The notes below the pieces were generated by a model. That model made no database searches, was not told the DNA's origin, and saw only the letters and a list, made by a program, of their open reading frames with translations. Below, piece after piece: positions 47,598 to 56,746 of a DNA stretch of 64,000 nt. Position 1 is the stretch's first letter. Every line of letters begins with the position of its first letter. Position numbers and translations under genes: made by a program. Source of the DNA: an uncultured Pelagibacteraceae bacterium (GTDB taxonomy: Bacteria; Pseudomonadota; Alphaproteobacteria; Pelagibacterales; Pelagibacteraceae); contig CACHSH010000001.1 in NCBI GenBank assembly GCA_902582475.1, forward strand, positions 11,857 to 75,856, given 5' to 3'.

Positions 47598-50036
47598 ATG
47601 AAATTTAAAAAATTAGAATTATCTGGATTTAAATCTTTTTTTGATAAAACAACCTTTTTTATAGATGACGGTCTTACAGGAATAGTTGGTCCAAATGGTT
47701 GTGGAAAGTCAAATATAGTGGAGGCATTGAGATGGTGTATGGGCGAAACTTCTGCGAAAAGTATGCGTGGATCTGGCATGGAGGATGTAATCTTTTCTGG
47801 AACCTCAAATAGACCAAAAAAAAATATTTCTGAGGTAAGTATAACTATCGACAACTCAGCCAAGGAGGGACAAGGTCAATACATAGATCTAGATGAGATT
47901 CAAATCAAAAGAAAAATAGAGCGTGACAAAGGTTCAAAATATTTTATTAACGGTAAAGAAGTCAGGGCAAAAGATGCTCAAACTTTTTTCGCAGATTTAT
48001 CTACAGGTGCACATTCTCCGTCCATGATCAGCCAAGGAAGAATAGGAATGATAGTAACTGCAAAGCCATCAGAAAGAAAATCTGTTTTAGAAGAGGCGGC
48101 AGGTATTTCGGGTATTCATATTAGAAGACATGAAGCTGAGACCAGACTAAATGCAGCTGAAAATAATCTTAAAAGAGCAGATGAGTTAAAAAAACAACAA
48201 GAAAAACAACTTGATAATTTAAAGAAGCAGGCAGAGGATGCTACTAGGTATAGAGAAATTTCGGAAAAGATTAAATCTGCTGAAGCAGGTCTCTATTATT
48301 TAAAGATACAAAATATAGAAAAAGAAAAAAATCAAACTAAGGATAGATCAGTAGAAATCAATAATGAGATTAACTCACTAAAGAATAATATTGAACAAAC
48401 GAATATTTTACTTGAAGAAGAAAATAAAAAATTAGAACCTCTAAAAGATAAGAAAATTGAAAATCTATCTAAACTTCAAAAAATTAATCTTGAAATAACT
48501 AAACTACAAGAGGAAGAAGAGAGAATTAAAGAATTAAATAAAAAACTTACCAGCAATATAAAAACATTAGACTCTGACCTAGAAAGGGAGAAAAGTATAG
48601 CCCTAGATGCATCTTTAAATGAAAAAAGAATGTTAGAAGAAAAGAATGAATTACTTAGAACTGAAAAAGAACTCTTTGAAACAGAAACTAGAGCAAAGTA
48701 CGATCTTGACACGTCAAGTAATAAACTTAAAGAACTTAAGCAAAATTTAGATAATATGATTAATGAGATAGAAATTTACATTGATTCAGATAGAAAACTT
48801 ACAAAAAATATTTTTGAGGATTTGAAAAAATTAGTTAACAAAATAACATCTTACCAAGAAGAATATGCAATATATTTTGGTAAAAACGAAACAATCAAAA
48901 GCGACTCTATAAAAAGAAAAGAAAGAATAAAAAATATTGACCAAGAATTAGAAAATTGGAAAGATCTTAAACTTAATTCAGAAAAGATGATAATAGAATT
49001 AGTCGAAAGGAGAAAAAAATCAAGTAATGAATTAGAGGAGAGTCAAAAAAATCCAGAAAAAATTGCTATAAATAAAGGTCAAAATTTACAAAATTTAGAA
49101 AATACAAAAAGACAAAATGAAGAATTAGAAATTCAAATAAATAAAGCAGAGGAAAAATATTCTGTTATAAATGAAAACTTAATGACTATGCAGGAAAAAT
49201 TTGCTGTTCTAAGAGAAGACAAAGCAAGATTTGAAGCAACAGTAGAAGGGATTGATCAAAGAAAAATGGATTTGATTTATATTATTAAAAAAGAACTAAA
49301 AATTGATAATGTTAATAATTTGTTTTCAATTACTGGCTTTCTAAGTCCTGAAGAGTTACCATCTGTAGATGAGCAGGAAAAAATATTGGCTGAAATGAAG
49401 GTAATTAGAGAGTCCTTAGGATCAGTAAATCTTAGAGCAGATTTAGAAACAGAAAAGTTTCGTGTAACAATTAAAAAAATGGAAGAAGATAGAGCAGATT
49501 TAGTATCAGCTATCGTCAAACTTAAGTCCAGTATAAATGAGCTAAATCAAAAAGGACGTGAAAGACTTTTGGATGCATTTTCTAAGATAAATAAAAAATT
49601 TAATGAAATTTATGTCAAATTATTTAATGGGGGTAATGCAAAGCTTGAGCTAGTTGACTCTGAAGACCCTCTTGAAGCTGGTCTGGAAATGTTAGTTTCA
49701 CCACCCGGAAAAAGATTGCAATCTATTACGCTTTTATCTGGCGGTGAACAAGCGCTTACAGCTTTATCATTGGTTTTTGCAATTTTCTTAACAAATCCAT
49801 CCCCAATTTGTGTTTTAGATGAGGTTGATGCTCCATTAGATGATGCAAATGTAACCCGTTTTTGTTCTTTATTAGGGGAATTGACTTCTATAACTAAAAC
49901 AAAATTTGTAATTATTACTCACCACGCTTTAACAATGTCAAAGATGAATAGGCTTTACGGTGTGACAATGCCAGAAAAAGGAATTAGTAAATTGGTGGCT
50001 GTAAATTTAGAGAGGGCTGAGGAACTTGTTGCGTAA
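47598..50036 (+). CDS. smc: SMC-family chromosome partition ATPase, unusually short (812 aa)
   Basis: SMC head: L.GFKSF, GPNGCGKSNIVEALRWCMGE.SAKSMRG, C-terminal LSGGEQALTALSLVFAIF and VLDEVDAPLDDANV. Long Lys/Glu-rich heptad-like middle. Confidence 0.85.
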   Translation: MKFKKLELSGFKSFFDKTTFFIDDGLTGIVGPNGCGKSNIVEALRWCMGETSAKSMRGSGMEDVIFSGTSNRPKKNISEVSITIDNSAKEGQGQYIDLDEIQIKRKIERDKGSKYFINGKEVRAKDAQTFFADLSTGAHSPSMISQGRIGMIVTAKPSERKSVLEEAAGISGIHIRRHEAETRLNAAENNLKRADELKKQQEKQLDNLKKQAEDATRYREISEKIKSAEAGLYYLKIQNIEKEKNQTKDRSVEINNEINSLKNNIEQTNILLEEENKKLEPLKDKKIENLSKLQKINLEITKLQEEEERIKELNKKLTSNIKTLDSDLEREKSIALDASLNEKRMLEEKNELLRTEKELFETETRAKYDLDTSSNKLKELKQNLDNMINEIEIYIDSDRKLTKNIFEDLKKLVNKITSYQEEYAIYFGKNETIKSDSIKRKERIKNIDQELENWKDLKLNSEKMIIELVERRKKSSNELEESQKNPEKIAINKGQNLQNLENTKRQNEELEIQINKAEEKYSVINENLMTMQEKFAVLREDKARFEATVEGIDQRKMDLIYIIKKELKIDNVNNLFSITGFLSPEELPSVDEQEKILAEMKVIRESLGSVNLRADLETEKFRVTIKKMEEDRADLVSAIVKLKSSINELNQKGRERLLDAFSKINKKFNEIYVKLFNGGNAKLELVDSEDPLEAGLEMLVSPPGKRLQSITLLSGGEQALTALSLVFAIFLTNPSPICVLDEVDAPLDDANVTRFCSLLGELTSITKTKFVIITHHALTMSKMNRLYGVTMPEKGISKLVAVNLERAEELVA

Positions 50037-50041
50037 AATTA

Positions 50042-50323
50042 ATGACTGAAAAAGAAGATTTAGAAACTCGCTTAAAAATTGCAAAATCAAAATTAGACAA
50101 CAAAAATACAAAAGAAAATAAGAAAGAAGGTATTTTCCTAGGTAATGCTTTTAAGCTTGGTACAGAGCTTGTTGCCGCAGTTGCAGTGGGTGTAATTATT
50201 GGGTTTATTTTAGATAATTGGTTTGGTACTAAACCATTATTAATAATTTTGTTTTTTCTTTTAGGTTCAGCGGCTGGAATTTTCAATGTAATTAAAGCCG
50301 CAAAAAAGATGCAACAAAAGTAA
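50042..50323 (+). CDS. AtpZ/AtpI-family F0F1 ATP synthase accessory protein
   Basis: 93 aa with two TM segments (LGTELVAAVAVGVIIGFILD; LLIILFFLLGSAAGIFNV), directly upstream of atpB as in other Alphaproteobacteria. Confidence 0.75.
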   Translation: MTEKEDLETRLKIAKSKLDNKNTKENKKEGIFLGNAFKLGTELVAAVAVGVIIGFILDNWFGTKPLLIILFFLLGSAAGIFNVIKAAKKMQQK

Positions 50324-50333
50324 AGGTTTTATT

Positions 50334-51068
50334 ATGGCAACAAATCCAATGCATCAGTTTAACGTTTATAAGATTGGACCTGAAATTAAAATAAATGGTG
50401 TTGATCTGTCATTTACAAATTCAAGCCTTTTTATGTTATTGAGCGCAGTTTTCATATTTTTATTTTTATTATTTGGTACTAGACAAAAAAAAATAATTCC
50501 TGGAAAAATACAATTAATCTCAGAAATGTTATATGATTTTATCACAAAAATGATTAATGATACTGCTGGAAAAAAAGCAAAACCATATTTTCCATTCATA
50601 TTTAGTTTATTTATTTTTGTTTTATTCTGTAACATGATTGGCATGCTTCCATATTCATTTACAGTTACTAGTCACATAATAGTAACTTTGGCATTTGCTA
50701 TGTTTATTTTTATAGGTGTTACAATTCTTGGTTTTGTAATTCATGGATTTAAATATTTAAAAATATTTGTTCCAAGTGGAGTTCCAATAGTTTTGCTTCC
50801 AATTATAATGATTATTGAAATAATATCATATTTAAGTAGGCCCGTAAGTTTATCTGTTAGATTATTTGCTAATATGATGGCGGGACATACTATGTTAAAA
50901 GTTTTTGGTGGTTTTGTGATTAGTCTTGGTTTAATTGCAGGGTGGTTACCACTTACTTTTTCAGTTGCTTTAACAGGTTTAGAGATTTTAGTAGCTTTTT
51001 TGCAAGCGTATGTATTTGCAATTTTGACATGCATTTATTTGAACGATGCATTAAATTTACATCACTAA
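50334..51068 (+). CDS. atpB: F0F1 ATP synthase subunit a
   Basis: Essential-Arg helix SLSVRLFANMMAGH, polytopic, 244 aa. Confidence 0.97.
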   Translation: MATNPMHQFNVYKIGPEIKINGVDLSFTNSSLFMLLSAVFIFLFLLFGTRQKKIIPGKIQLISEMLYDFITKMINDTAGKKAKPYFPFIFSLFIFVLFCNMIGMLPYSFTVTSHIIVTLAFAMFIFIGVTILGFVIHGFKYLKIFVPSGVPIVLLPIIMIIEIISYLSRPVSLSVRLFANMMAGHTMLKVFGGFVISLGLIAGWLPLTFSVALTGLEILVAFLQAYVFAILTCIYLNDALNLHH

Positions 51069-51077
51069 CAATAACAA

Positions 51078-51083
51078 AGGAGG
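51078..51083 (+). promoter_or_regulatory. strong Shine-Dalgarno sequence for atpE
   Basis: AGGAGG 4 nt upstream of the atpE ATG. Such strong SDs are rare elsewhere in this window. Confidence 0.6.
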
Positions 51084-51087
51084 AAAA

Positions 51088-51315
51088 ATGGAACTAGAAG
51101 CAGCAAAAATGATCGGAGCAGGCTTAGCAGCGATTGCTCTAGCTGGAGCTGGTGTTGGTATCGGATTGATATTTGGTAATTATTTATCTGGTGCTATGAG
51201 GAACCCATCTGCAGCTCAAAAACAATTTCCAAATTTACTTTTGGGATTTGCTCTAGCAGAAGCAACAGGACTTTTTGGACTAGTTGTAGCTCTCATAATA
51301 CTTTTTGCTTTTTAA
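51088..51315 (+). CDS. atpE: F0F1 ATP synthase subunit c
   Basis: 75-aa hairpin with GAGxGxG helix 1 and the carboxylate in helix 2 (FALAEATGLF). Confidence 0.97.
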   Translation: MELEAAKMIGAGLAAIALAGAGVGIGLIFGNYLSGAMRNPSAAQKQFPNLLLGFALAEATGLFGLVVALIILFAF

Positions 51316-51339
51316 CAAGATAAAGCGCAGAAAGACGAG

Positions 51340-51906
51340 ATGAAAAAAATTGTAGGTTTGATAACCTTTATGTTATTTGCCGCAAATAATTTATTTGCGG
51401 CGGAGGCAGGTATGCCTCAACTTGACCCAACCTATTGGGCAAGTCAAGTATTCTGGTTAGCCATAATTTTTTCTTCTATTTATTTCCTAATAGCTAAAAT
51501 TTTTATTCCAAAAATAAAAAATAATATTGATGCTAGGGAGAGCCAAATAAGGAAAGACATAGATGAGGCAAATCTTTTGAAAGAAGAGGCTGACAGAAAA
51601 CTAAAAAAATACAATCAACTTATCGATGAAGCTAAAATTAATGCTAAAAAAATTATATCTGAAGGTAGAAAAAAGTTAAATGAAGATCTACAATCCAAAA
51701 AAGATCAAATTGAAAAAGAGATACAAAAAGAAAATGAGCTTGCCACCAAAGATATCGAAAAATTTAAAATAAGTTCCTCAAATAAAGTAAATTTAATTTC
51801 AGAAGAAATAGTCTCCAACATAATAAAAGAAATCTTTGGGGAGGATTTAAATAAAAGTAGTATCAAAGCAACTATTTCAGAGGTAATTAAGGTACATAAA
51901 AATTAA
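51340..51906 (+). CDS. F0F1 ATP synthase subunit b'
   Basis: MPQLD motif followed by a TM helix and a long charged helix. First of two b-type genes, as in alphaproteobacterial F0 operons. Confidence 0.85.
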   Translation: MKKIVGLITFMLFAANNLFAAEAGMPQLDPTYWASQVFWLAIIFSSIYFLIAKIFIPKIKNNIDARESQIRKDIDEANLLKEEADRKLKKYNQLIDEAKINAKKIISEGRKKLNEDLQSKKDQIEKEIQKENELATKDIEKFKISSSNKVNLISEEIVSNIIKEIFGEDLNKSSIKATISEVIKVHKN

Positions 51907-51908
51907 TT

Positions 51909-52406
51909 ATGAATATAGATGCAACATTTTGGGTTGGTATTTCTTTTGTATTATTTGTAGGAGTTTTGTTTTATTTTAAAGTTCCACAAAAAATTTCAAA
52001 TTTGTTAGATGAAAATATTAATAGAATTAAAAAAAATATAAATGAAGCTGAGAAATTAAAAGATGACGCCAAAAATATATTGAGTGAATGCGAAACGAAA
52101 TTAAGTAAATCAAAGCAAGAAGTCGATGCTTTGATTAAAAATGCCAAGAATGAGACAGAAAAAAATATAGTCAAAGTTAATGAGGAGTTTCATAAAATCT
52201 TTGAGAATAGAAAAAAAATTGCTGAAGAAAAAATTAGGCAGATGAAAGTTCAGGCACTAAAAGACGTAAAAAATTTTTCAGTCGAAATAGCCATTCGTTC
52301 ACTTGAAAAAATCATAAAAAATTCAATTGATAAGAAAAAGCTTGATAAAATTTATGTTTCAAGCATTGATGAGGCAAAAAAAATTTTAAAAAACAAATCA
52401 ATCTAG
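51909..52406 (+). CDS. atpF: F0F1 ATP synthase subunit b
   Basis: N-terminal TM helix plus a long Lys/Glu helix, 165 aa. Operon position. Confidence 0.85.
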   Translation: MNIDATFWVGISFVLFVGVLFYFKVPQKISNLLDENINRIKKNINEAEKLKDDAKNILSECETKLSKSKQEVDALIKNAKNETEKNIVKVNEEFHKIFENRKKIAEEKIRQMKVQALKDVKNFSVEIAIRSLEKIIKNSIDKKKLDKIYVSSIDEAKKILKNKSI

Positions 52407-52422
52407 CGTAAGATCCTGGTCT

Positions 52423-53889
52423 ATGACAAAAAAAGTAATTGTTATCGGATCAGGTTTCGGTGGTCTAGCTTCAGCACTTAGATTAAAAGCAAAAGGTTAT
52501 GATGTTACATTAGTGGAAAAACATCCAGATTTGGGCGGAAGAGCCCGAGTTTTCAAAAAAGGAAGTTTTATTTATGATGGCGGCCCTACTGTTATAACCG
52601 CACCATATCTTTTTGAAGAATTGTTCTCATTGTTTAATAAAAAAATATCTGATTATGTAAAAATAGTTCCTTTAGATTTATGGTATCGTTTCGTTTTTAG
52701 CGATGGTGCTACTTTTGATTACTCAGGTAATGAAAAATCAATGGAGAAAGAAATTAAAAAATTCTCAGAAAAAGACTATCAGGGATACCAAAAATTAGTA
52801 AGATTTACTGAAAAAATCTTTGATAAAGGTTTTACCGATCTATCCGATAAACCTTTTAACAATTTATCTTTTATGCTCAAACAAATTCCAGCTTTATTAA
52901 ATTTAAAAAGTTATAAATCTGTTTACGGTTTAGTTTCCAGCTATATATCAAATGAAAAATTAAGAAGAGTTTTTAGCATGCATCCTTTATTGGTTGGCGG
53001 AAACCCTTTCACCACTACCTCTATATATGCACTTATTCTATTTTTAGAAAAAAAATGGGGTATTCACTATTGCATGGGAGGTACGGGAAGTGTGGTAAAA
53101 GCACTTGAAAAATTAATGCAAGAAGAAGGTGTTAAAATTATTAAAGATGCTGAGGTAACTGAGATAGTTTCAAACAACAAAGACGTCAAGGCTATTAAAA
53201 TTAATAAATCTAAAGTTATTAATTGTGATTATGTTGTCTGTAACTCTGATCCACCGAATGTGTACAAAAATTTAATTAAATCACAAAATAATTATAATTT
53301 TTTATTCAAAGAAAAAATGAAAAGAATGGATTATTCAATGGGACTATTTGTTTATTATTTCGGATCAAAAAAACAATATAAAGATGTGGCTCATCATACA
53401 ATTTATTTTGGAAAATCTTACGAAAAACATTTAGAAAAAATATTTGAAAAAAAGGTTCTTTCAGATGATATTAGCTACTACCTACATAGACCATCTGCGA
53501 CTGATCCAAATATGGCACCGGATGGTCAAGATGCTTTTTATGTTCTTGTTCCAGTTCCTAATAATTTGTCAAAAATTAACTGGTCAAATGAGGGGGATAA
53601 ATTTAAAAATTTAGTTTTAGATAAAATGGATAAATCAGTTCTTCCTGGTATAAAAGAAAATGTTGTGAACGATTTTTATCTAACTCCAGACTACTTTGAA
53701 AAAGATCTCGCTACGTTACATGGTTCAGGGTTTTCTATACAACCAAAATTTTCACAATCTGCTTATTTTAGATTTCATAATCAATCAGAAGTTTTTGATA
53801 ATTTATATTTTGTTGGAGCAGGAACACATCCGGGTGCTGGAATGCCAGGAGTAATCTCTTCGGCTAAGGTTTTAGATAAAATTTTATAA
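52423..53889 (+). CDS. crtI: phytoene desaturase
   Basis: VIGSGFGGLA.ALRL...G..VT..EK....GGRA, C-terminal FVGAGTHPGAGMPGV. Confidence 0.93.
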   Translation: MTKKVIVIGSGFGGLASALRLKAKGYDVTLVEKHPDLGGRARVFKKGSFIYDGGPTVITAPYLFEELFSLFNKKISDYVKIVPLDLWYRFVFSDGATFDYSGNEKSMEKEIKKFSEKDYQGYQKLVRFTEKIFDKGFTDLSDKPFNNLSFMLKQIPALLNLKSYKSVYGLVSSYISNEKLRRVFSMHPLLVGGNPFTTTSIYALILFLEKKWGIHYCMGGTGSVVKALEKLMQEEGVKIIKDAEVTEIVSNNKDVKAIKINKSKVINCDYVVCNSDPPNVYKNLIKSQNNYNFLFKEKMKRMDYSMGLFVYYFGSKKQYKDVAHHTIYFGKSYEKHLEKIFEKKVLSDDISYYLHRPSATDPNMAPDGQDAFYVLVPVPNNLSKINWSNEGDKFKNLVLDKMDKSVLPGIKENVVNDFYLTPDYFEKDLATLHGSGFSIQPKFSQSAYFRFHNQSEVFDNLYFVGAGTHPGAGMPGVISSAKVLDKIL

Positions 53890-54752
53890 TGACTACAAAA
53901 AATTATTTATCTATTTATGCAAAATCATTTAATTGGTCTGGTTTCTTTTTGCCAAAAAAAATCTATTATAAGTGTTCTGTTTTATATGATTTTTGTAGGA
54001 CAATAGATAATATTGCTGATCAAAACAAAGACTTAGAAATTAAAAAAAAAGAACTTGAAGAATTTAGAAAAAAGTTTGAGCAAAAAAATAAAAATGACAG
54101 TGTAATAAAAAATATGTGGAATTTAATGAGTGAAAGAAATATTTCAAAAAAAATAGTGGATGATTTATTTGATGGGGTGAATTCTGATCTCAAAAATGAA
54201 GTAAGAATAGAAACAGAAAAGGAATTGTTAATTTATTCTTATAGAGTAGCTGGAACAGTTGGTTTAATGATGGCAAAAATATTTGGTGTAAAAAAAAAGG
54301 AGTCATTACAAAGAGCTATTGATTTAGGAATAGCAATGCAATTAACAAATATTGCGAGGGATGTCGTTGAAGATGAAAAAAAAAATAGATTTTATTTGAT
54401 AAAAAGTTCCAACGATGTTTTTAAAAGTATTCAAAATATAATTTTAAAAGCCGACACTTTTTATGATAGCTCTTTTGAAGGTATTAGAGATATACCTCTG
54501 AATAGTCGTTTTTCAATAATAGTTGCTAGAAGAGTTTATAGACAAATAGGTAAAAAAATTTTAAATCAAAAAGATATTAACCATTACCGACAAGCTGGAA
54601 AAATCTATGTTTCTAACTTTGGAAAAATAATTCAAACACTTTTTTCATTAAAAGATTTAATAATACTTTTCTTTATTAAGAAAAAAAAATACGAAAAAGA
54701 ATTGGAATATAATTTAATTAATGAAGATATAGGTTTAAATGAAAGAATATGA
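53889..54752 (+). CDS. crtB: phytoene synthase
   Basis: SF......LP......LYDFCR.IDNIAD, YSYRVAGTVGLMM, NIARDV.ED. Confidence 0.9.
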   Translation: MTTKNYLSIYAKSFNWSGFFLPKKIYYKCSVLYDFCRTIDNIADQNKDLEIKKKELEEFRKKFEQKNKNDSVIKNMWNLMSERNISKKIVDDLFDGVNSDLKNEVRIETEKELLIYSYRVAGTVGLMMAKIFGVKKKESLQRAIDLGIAMQLTNIARDVVEDEKKNRFYLIKSSNDVFKSIQNIILKADTFYDSSFEGIRDIPLNSRFSIIVARRVYRQIGKKILNQKDINHYRQAGKIYVSNFGKIIQTLFSLKDLIILFFIKKKKYEKELEYNLINEDIGLNERI

Positions 54753-55803
54753 TTTTGTAATAATAGGTGGTGGTTGTGCTGGCTTATCTTTAGCTTATGA
54801 GCTTGATATTCATAATAAACTTAATGATAAAACACTTGCGATTGTTGAAACTAGAGAAGAGTATAAAAGAGATAAAACTTGGTCATTTTGGAAAGTTAAT
54901 GAACATAATTTTAATGACTGTATTAAAAAAAGTTGGAAGCAGTTTTCTATAAAAACTAATTCAGAAACAAAAGTTATCAAATGTGATCAATTTCCATATG
55001 AAAGTATAGATAGTGGACTTTTTTATGACAAAATAAATACACGATTAAAAAAAAATAAAAACATAAAATTTTTTAAAAATATTAATGACTTAAATACTAG
55101 CAAGTCGTTTATATTTAATAGCTTACCGTCTGTAAACGAAGATAATGATACTAATCTTTGGCAACTTTTTCATGGTGTAGAAATTGAAACAAGAGAAGAT
55201 TGTTTTAATGAGAGTACTGTAAATTTAATGGATTTTAATTGTGAACAAAGAAATGGGGTTCATTTTTTTTATGTTTTACCTTTTAGTAAAAATAGAGCAA
55301 TGATTGAAAGTACATGGTTATCGAAAAAAAATGATTCTTTAAAAGATTATGAATCTCAAATAAAAATTTATTTAAATGATTTGGGTATCAAAGACTATAA
55401 AATTAATTATAGGGAGGAAGGCGCTATCCCACTTTTTTATCCAGTAAACAAAAAAGAAAACAATAAAATTAATATTGGAACTGCTGGTGGGATGACAAGA
55501 CTTAGTACAGGTTATACCTTTTTAAATATTCAAGAACATTCAAAATATATTCGTAAGAATATTGAAAATATTGAAATGACAAAAGTTTTTGAAATTGGTA
55601 AGAAATATAGATTTTTAGACGAGATTTTTCTTAGAGTTTTAAAGAAACATCCAGAAAAAATGCCGAACATATTTTTAAAAATATTCAATAGCTCATACAG
55701 AACAGCTATCAAGTTTTTATCAAATAAAAGTAATACTATTGAGGATATATCTATAATTTTGAAAATGCCAAAATGGATATTTATTAAATCTATTTTCAAT
55801 TAA
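54739..55803 (+). CDS. crtY: lycopene beta-cyclase (CrtY type)
   Basis: YDFVIIGGGCAGLSLA FAD motif, size and position between crtB and blh. Confidence 0.8.
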   Translation: MKEYDFVIIGGGCAGLSLAYELDIHNKLNDKTLAIVETREEYKRDKTWSFWKVNEHNFNDCIKKSWKQFSIKTNSETKVIKCDQFPYESIDSGLFYDKINTRLKKNKNIKFFKNINDLNTSKSFIFNSLPSVNEDNDTNLWQLFHGVEIETREDCFNESTVNLMDFNCEQRNGVHFFYVLPFSKNRAMIESTWLSKKNDSLKDYESQIKIYLNDLGIKDYKINYREEGAIPLFYPVNKKENNKINIGTAGGMTRLSTGYTFLNIQEHSKYIRKNIENIEMTKVFEIGKKYRFLDEIFLRVLKKHPEKMPNIFLKIFNSSYRTAIKFLSNKSNTIEDISIILKMPKWIFIKSIFN

Positions 55804-55804
55804 A

Positions 55805-56746
55805 ATGATAAAAAAAATATACGGCAAACATACATTCTTGTTCACATTACTAACTGTTGGATTGTCGATTTTTTCTTTATTAGGTAAAGATTTTTTTTCA
55901 TCTTTAAATGAGCTAATTATTTTATTTGTTTGTTTATTTTTTATTTTATCAATCGGAATATCGCATGGAGCTTTGGATAATTATAAGGCAAACAAATTAC
56001 TCAAAATCTATAGGGTAAACAATAAGGCTATTTTTTTTTTAATTTATATTATTATATCTGCATTAGTAATTTTTATTTGGAGTTTATATAGTACTTACAC
56101 TTTATTAGCTTTTTTAATTGTTGCTTCTTATCATTTCGGACTTGAAGATACTTCATTTTTACACGGAGGAAATTCATTCCTAGATCAATTTTTTTATTTA
56201 ATTAAAGGATCATTGATAGTTTTTGCGCCACTTTTTTTTCATTTTGATGAAACATTAAAAATTTTTGAAACTTTAATGGTAAGTAAAGTATTTTTAACTT
56301 TCCTTGAGTTAGAACATTGGATTATTAATTTTTGTCTTTTTTTAAGCTTTATTGGCTATTTATATTTTGCAAATAAAAATAAATTTGAAGACTTTGAGGT
56401 TTTGTTTTTAGATATGTTATCAATTGTAATTTTAAATTATATTTTTTCACCAATAATTGCTTTTACAGTTTACTTTTGTTTTCTTCACTCAATAAGACAT
56501 ATTATATCTTTGTCTAACGAACTTGATAAAAATGACTTTTCAAATGGTGTAAAGATTTTTATTAAAAAAGCTTTGCCTTTAACGGTTGTAACAGCAATTT
56601 TATATTTGATAGCAAGCATTTGGTTATCAAAATCCTACGGTTTGAACGATGTAATTATTAAAGTGATATTTATTGGTTTGGCGTCACTTACTTTTCCGCA
56701 TATATTGTTAGAATATTTGTTAGAAATTAATGAAAAACGAAATTAA
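55805..56746 (+). CDS. blh: Brp/Blh-family beta-carotene 15,15'-dioxygenase (retinal synthesis)
   Basis: Polytopic membrane protein with the four conserved His motifs (ISHGALD, SYHFG, FLHSIRH, FPH). Confidence 0.85.
   Translation: MIKKIYGKHTFLFTLLTVGLSIFSLLGKDFFSSLNELIILFVCLFFILSIGISHGALDNYKANKLLKIYRVNNKAIFFLIYIIISALVIFIWSLYSTYTLLAFLIVASYHFGLEDTSFLHGGNSFLDQFFYLIKGSLIVFAPLFFHFDETLKIFETLMVSKVFLTFLELEHWIINFCLFLSFIGYLYFANKNKFEDFEVLFLDMLSIVILNYIFSPIIAFTVYFCFLHSIRHIISLSNELDKNDFSNGVKIFIKKALPLTVVTAILYLIASIWLSKSYGLNDVIIKVIFIGLASLTFPHILLEYLLEINEKRN

Noticed and set aside
47588-50286. Antisense ORFs at 47588-47863, 48476-48712, 49277-49519 and 49984-50286 across smc and the atpI-like gene
   Set aside because: They are antisense to conserved SMC head/coiled-coil coding sequence and to the AtpZ/AtpI-like gene. 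The plus-strand 93-aa protein has the expected two-TM architecture and operon position, so it is preferred over the 100-aa minus-strand ORF.
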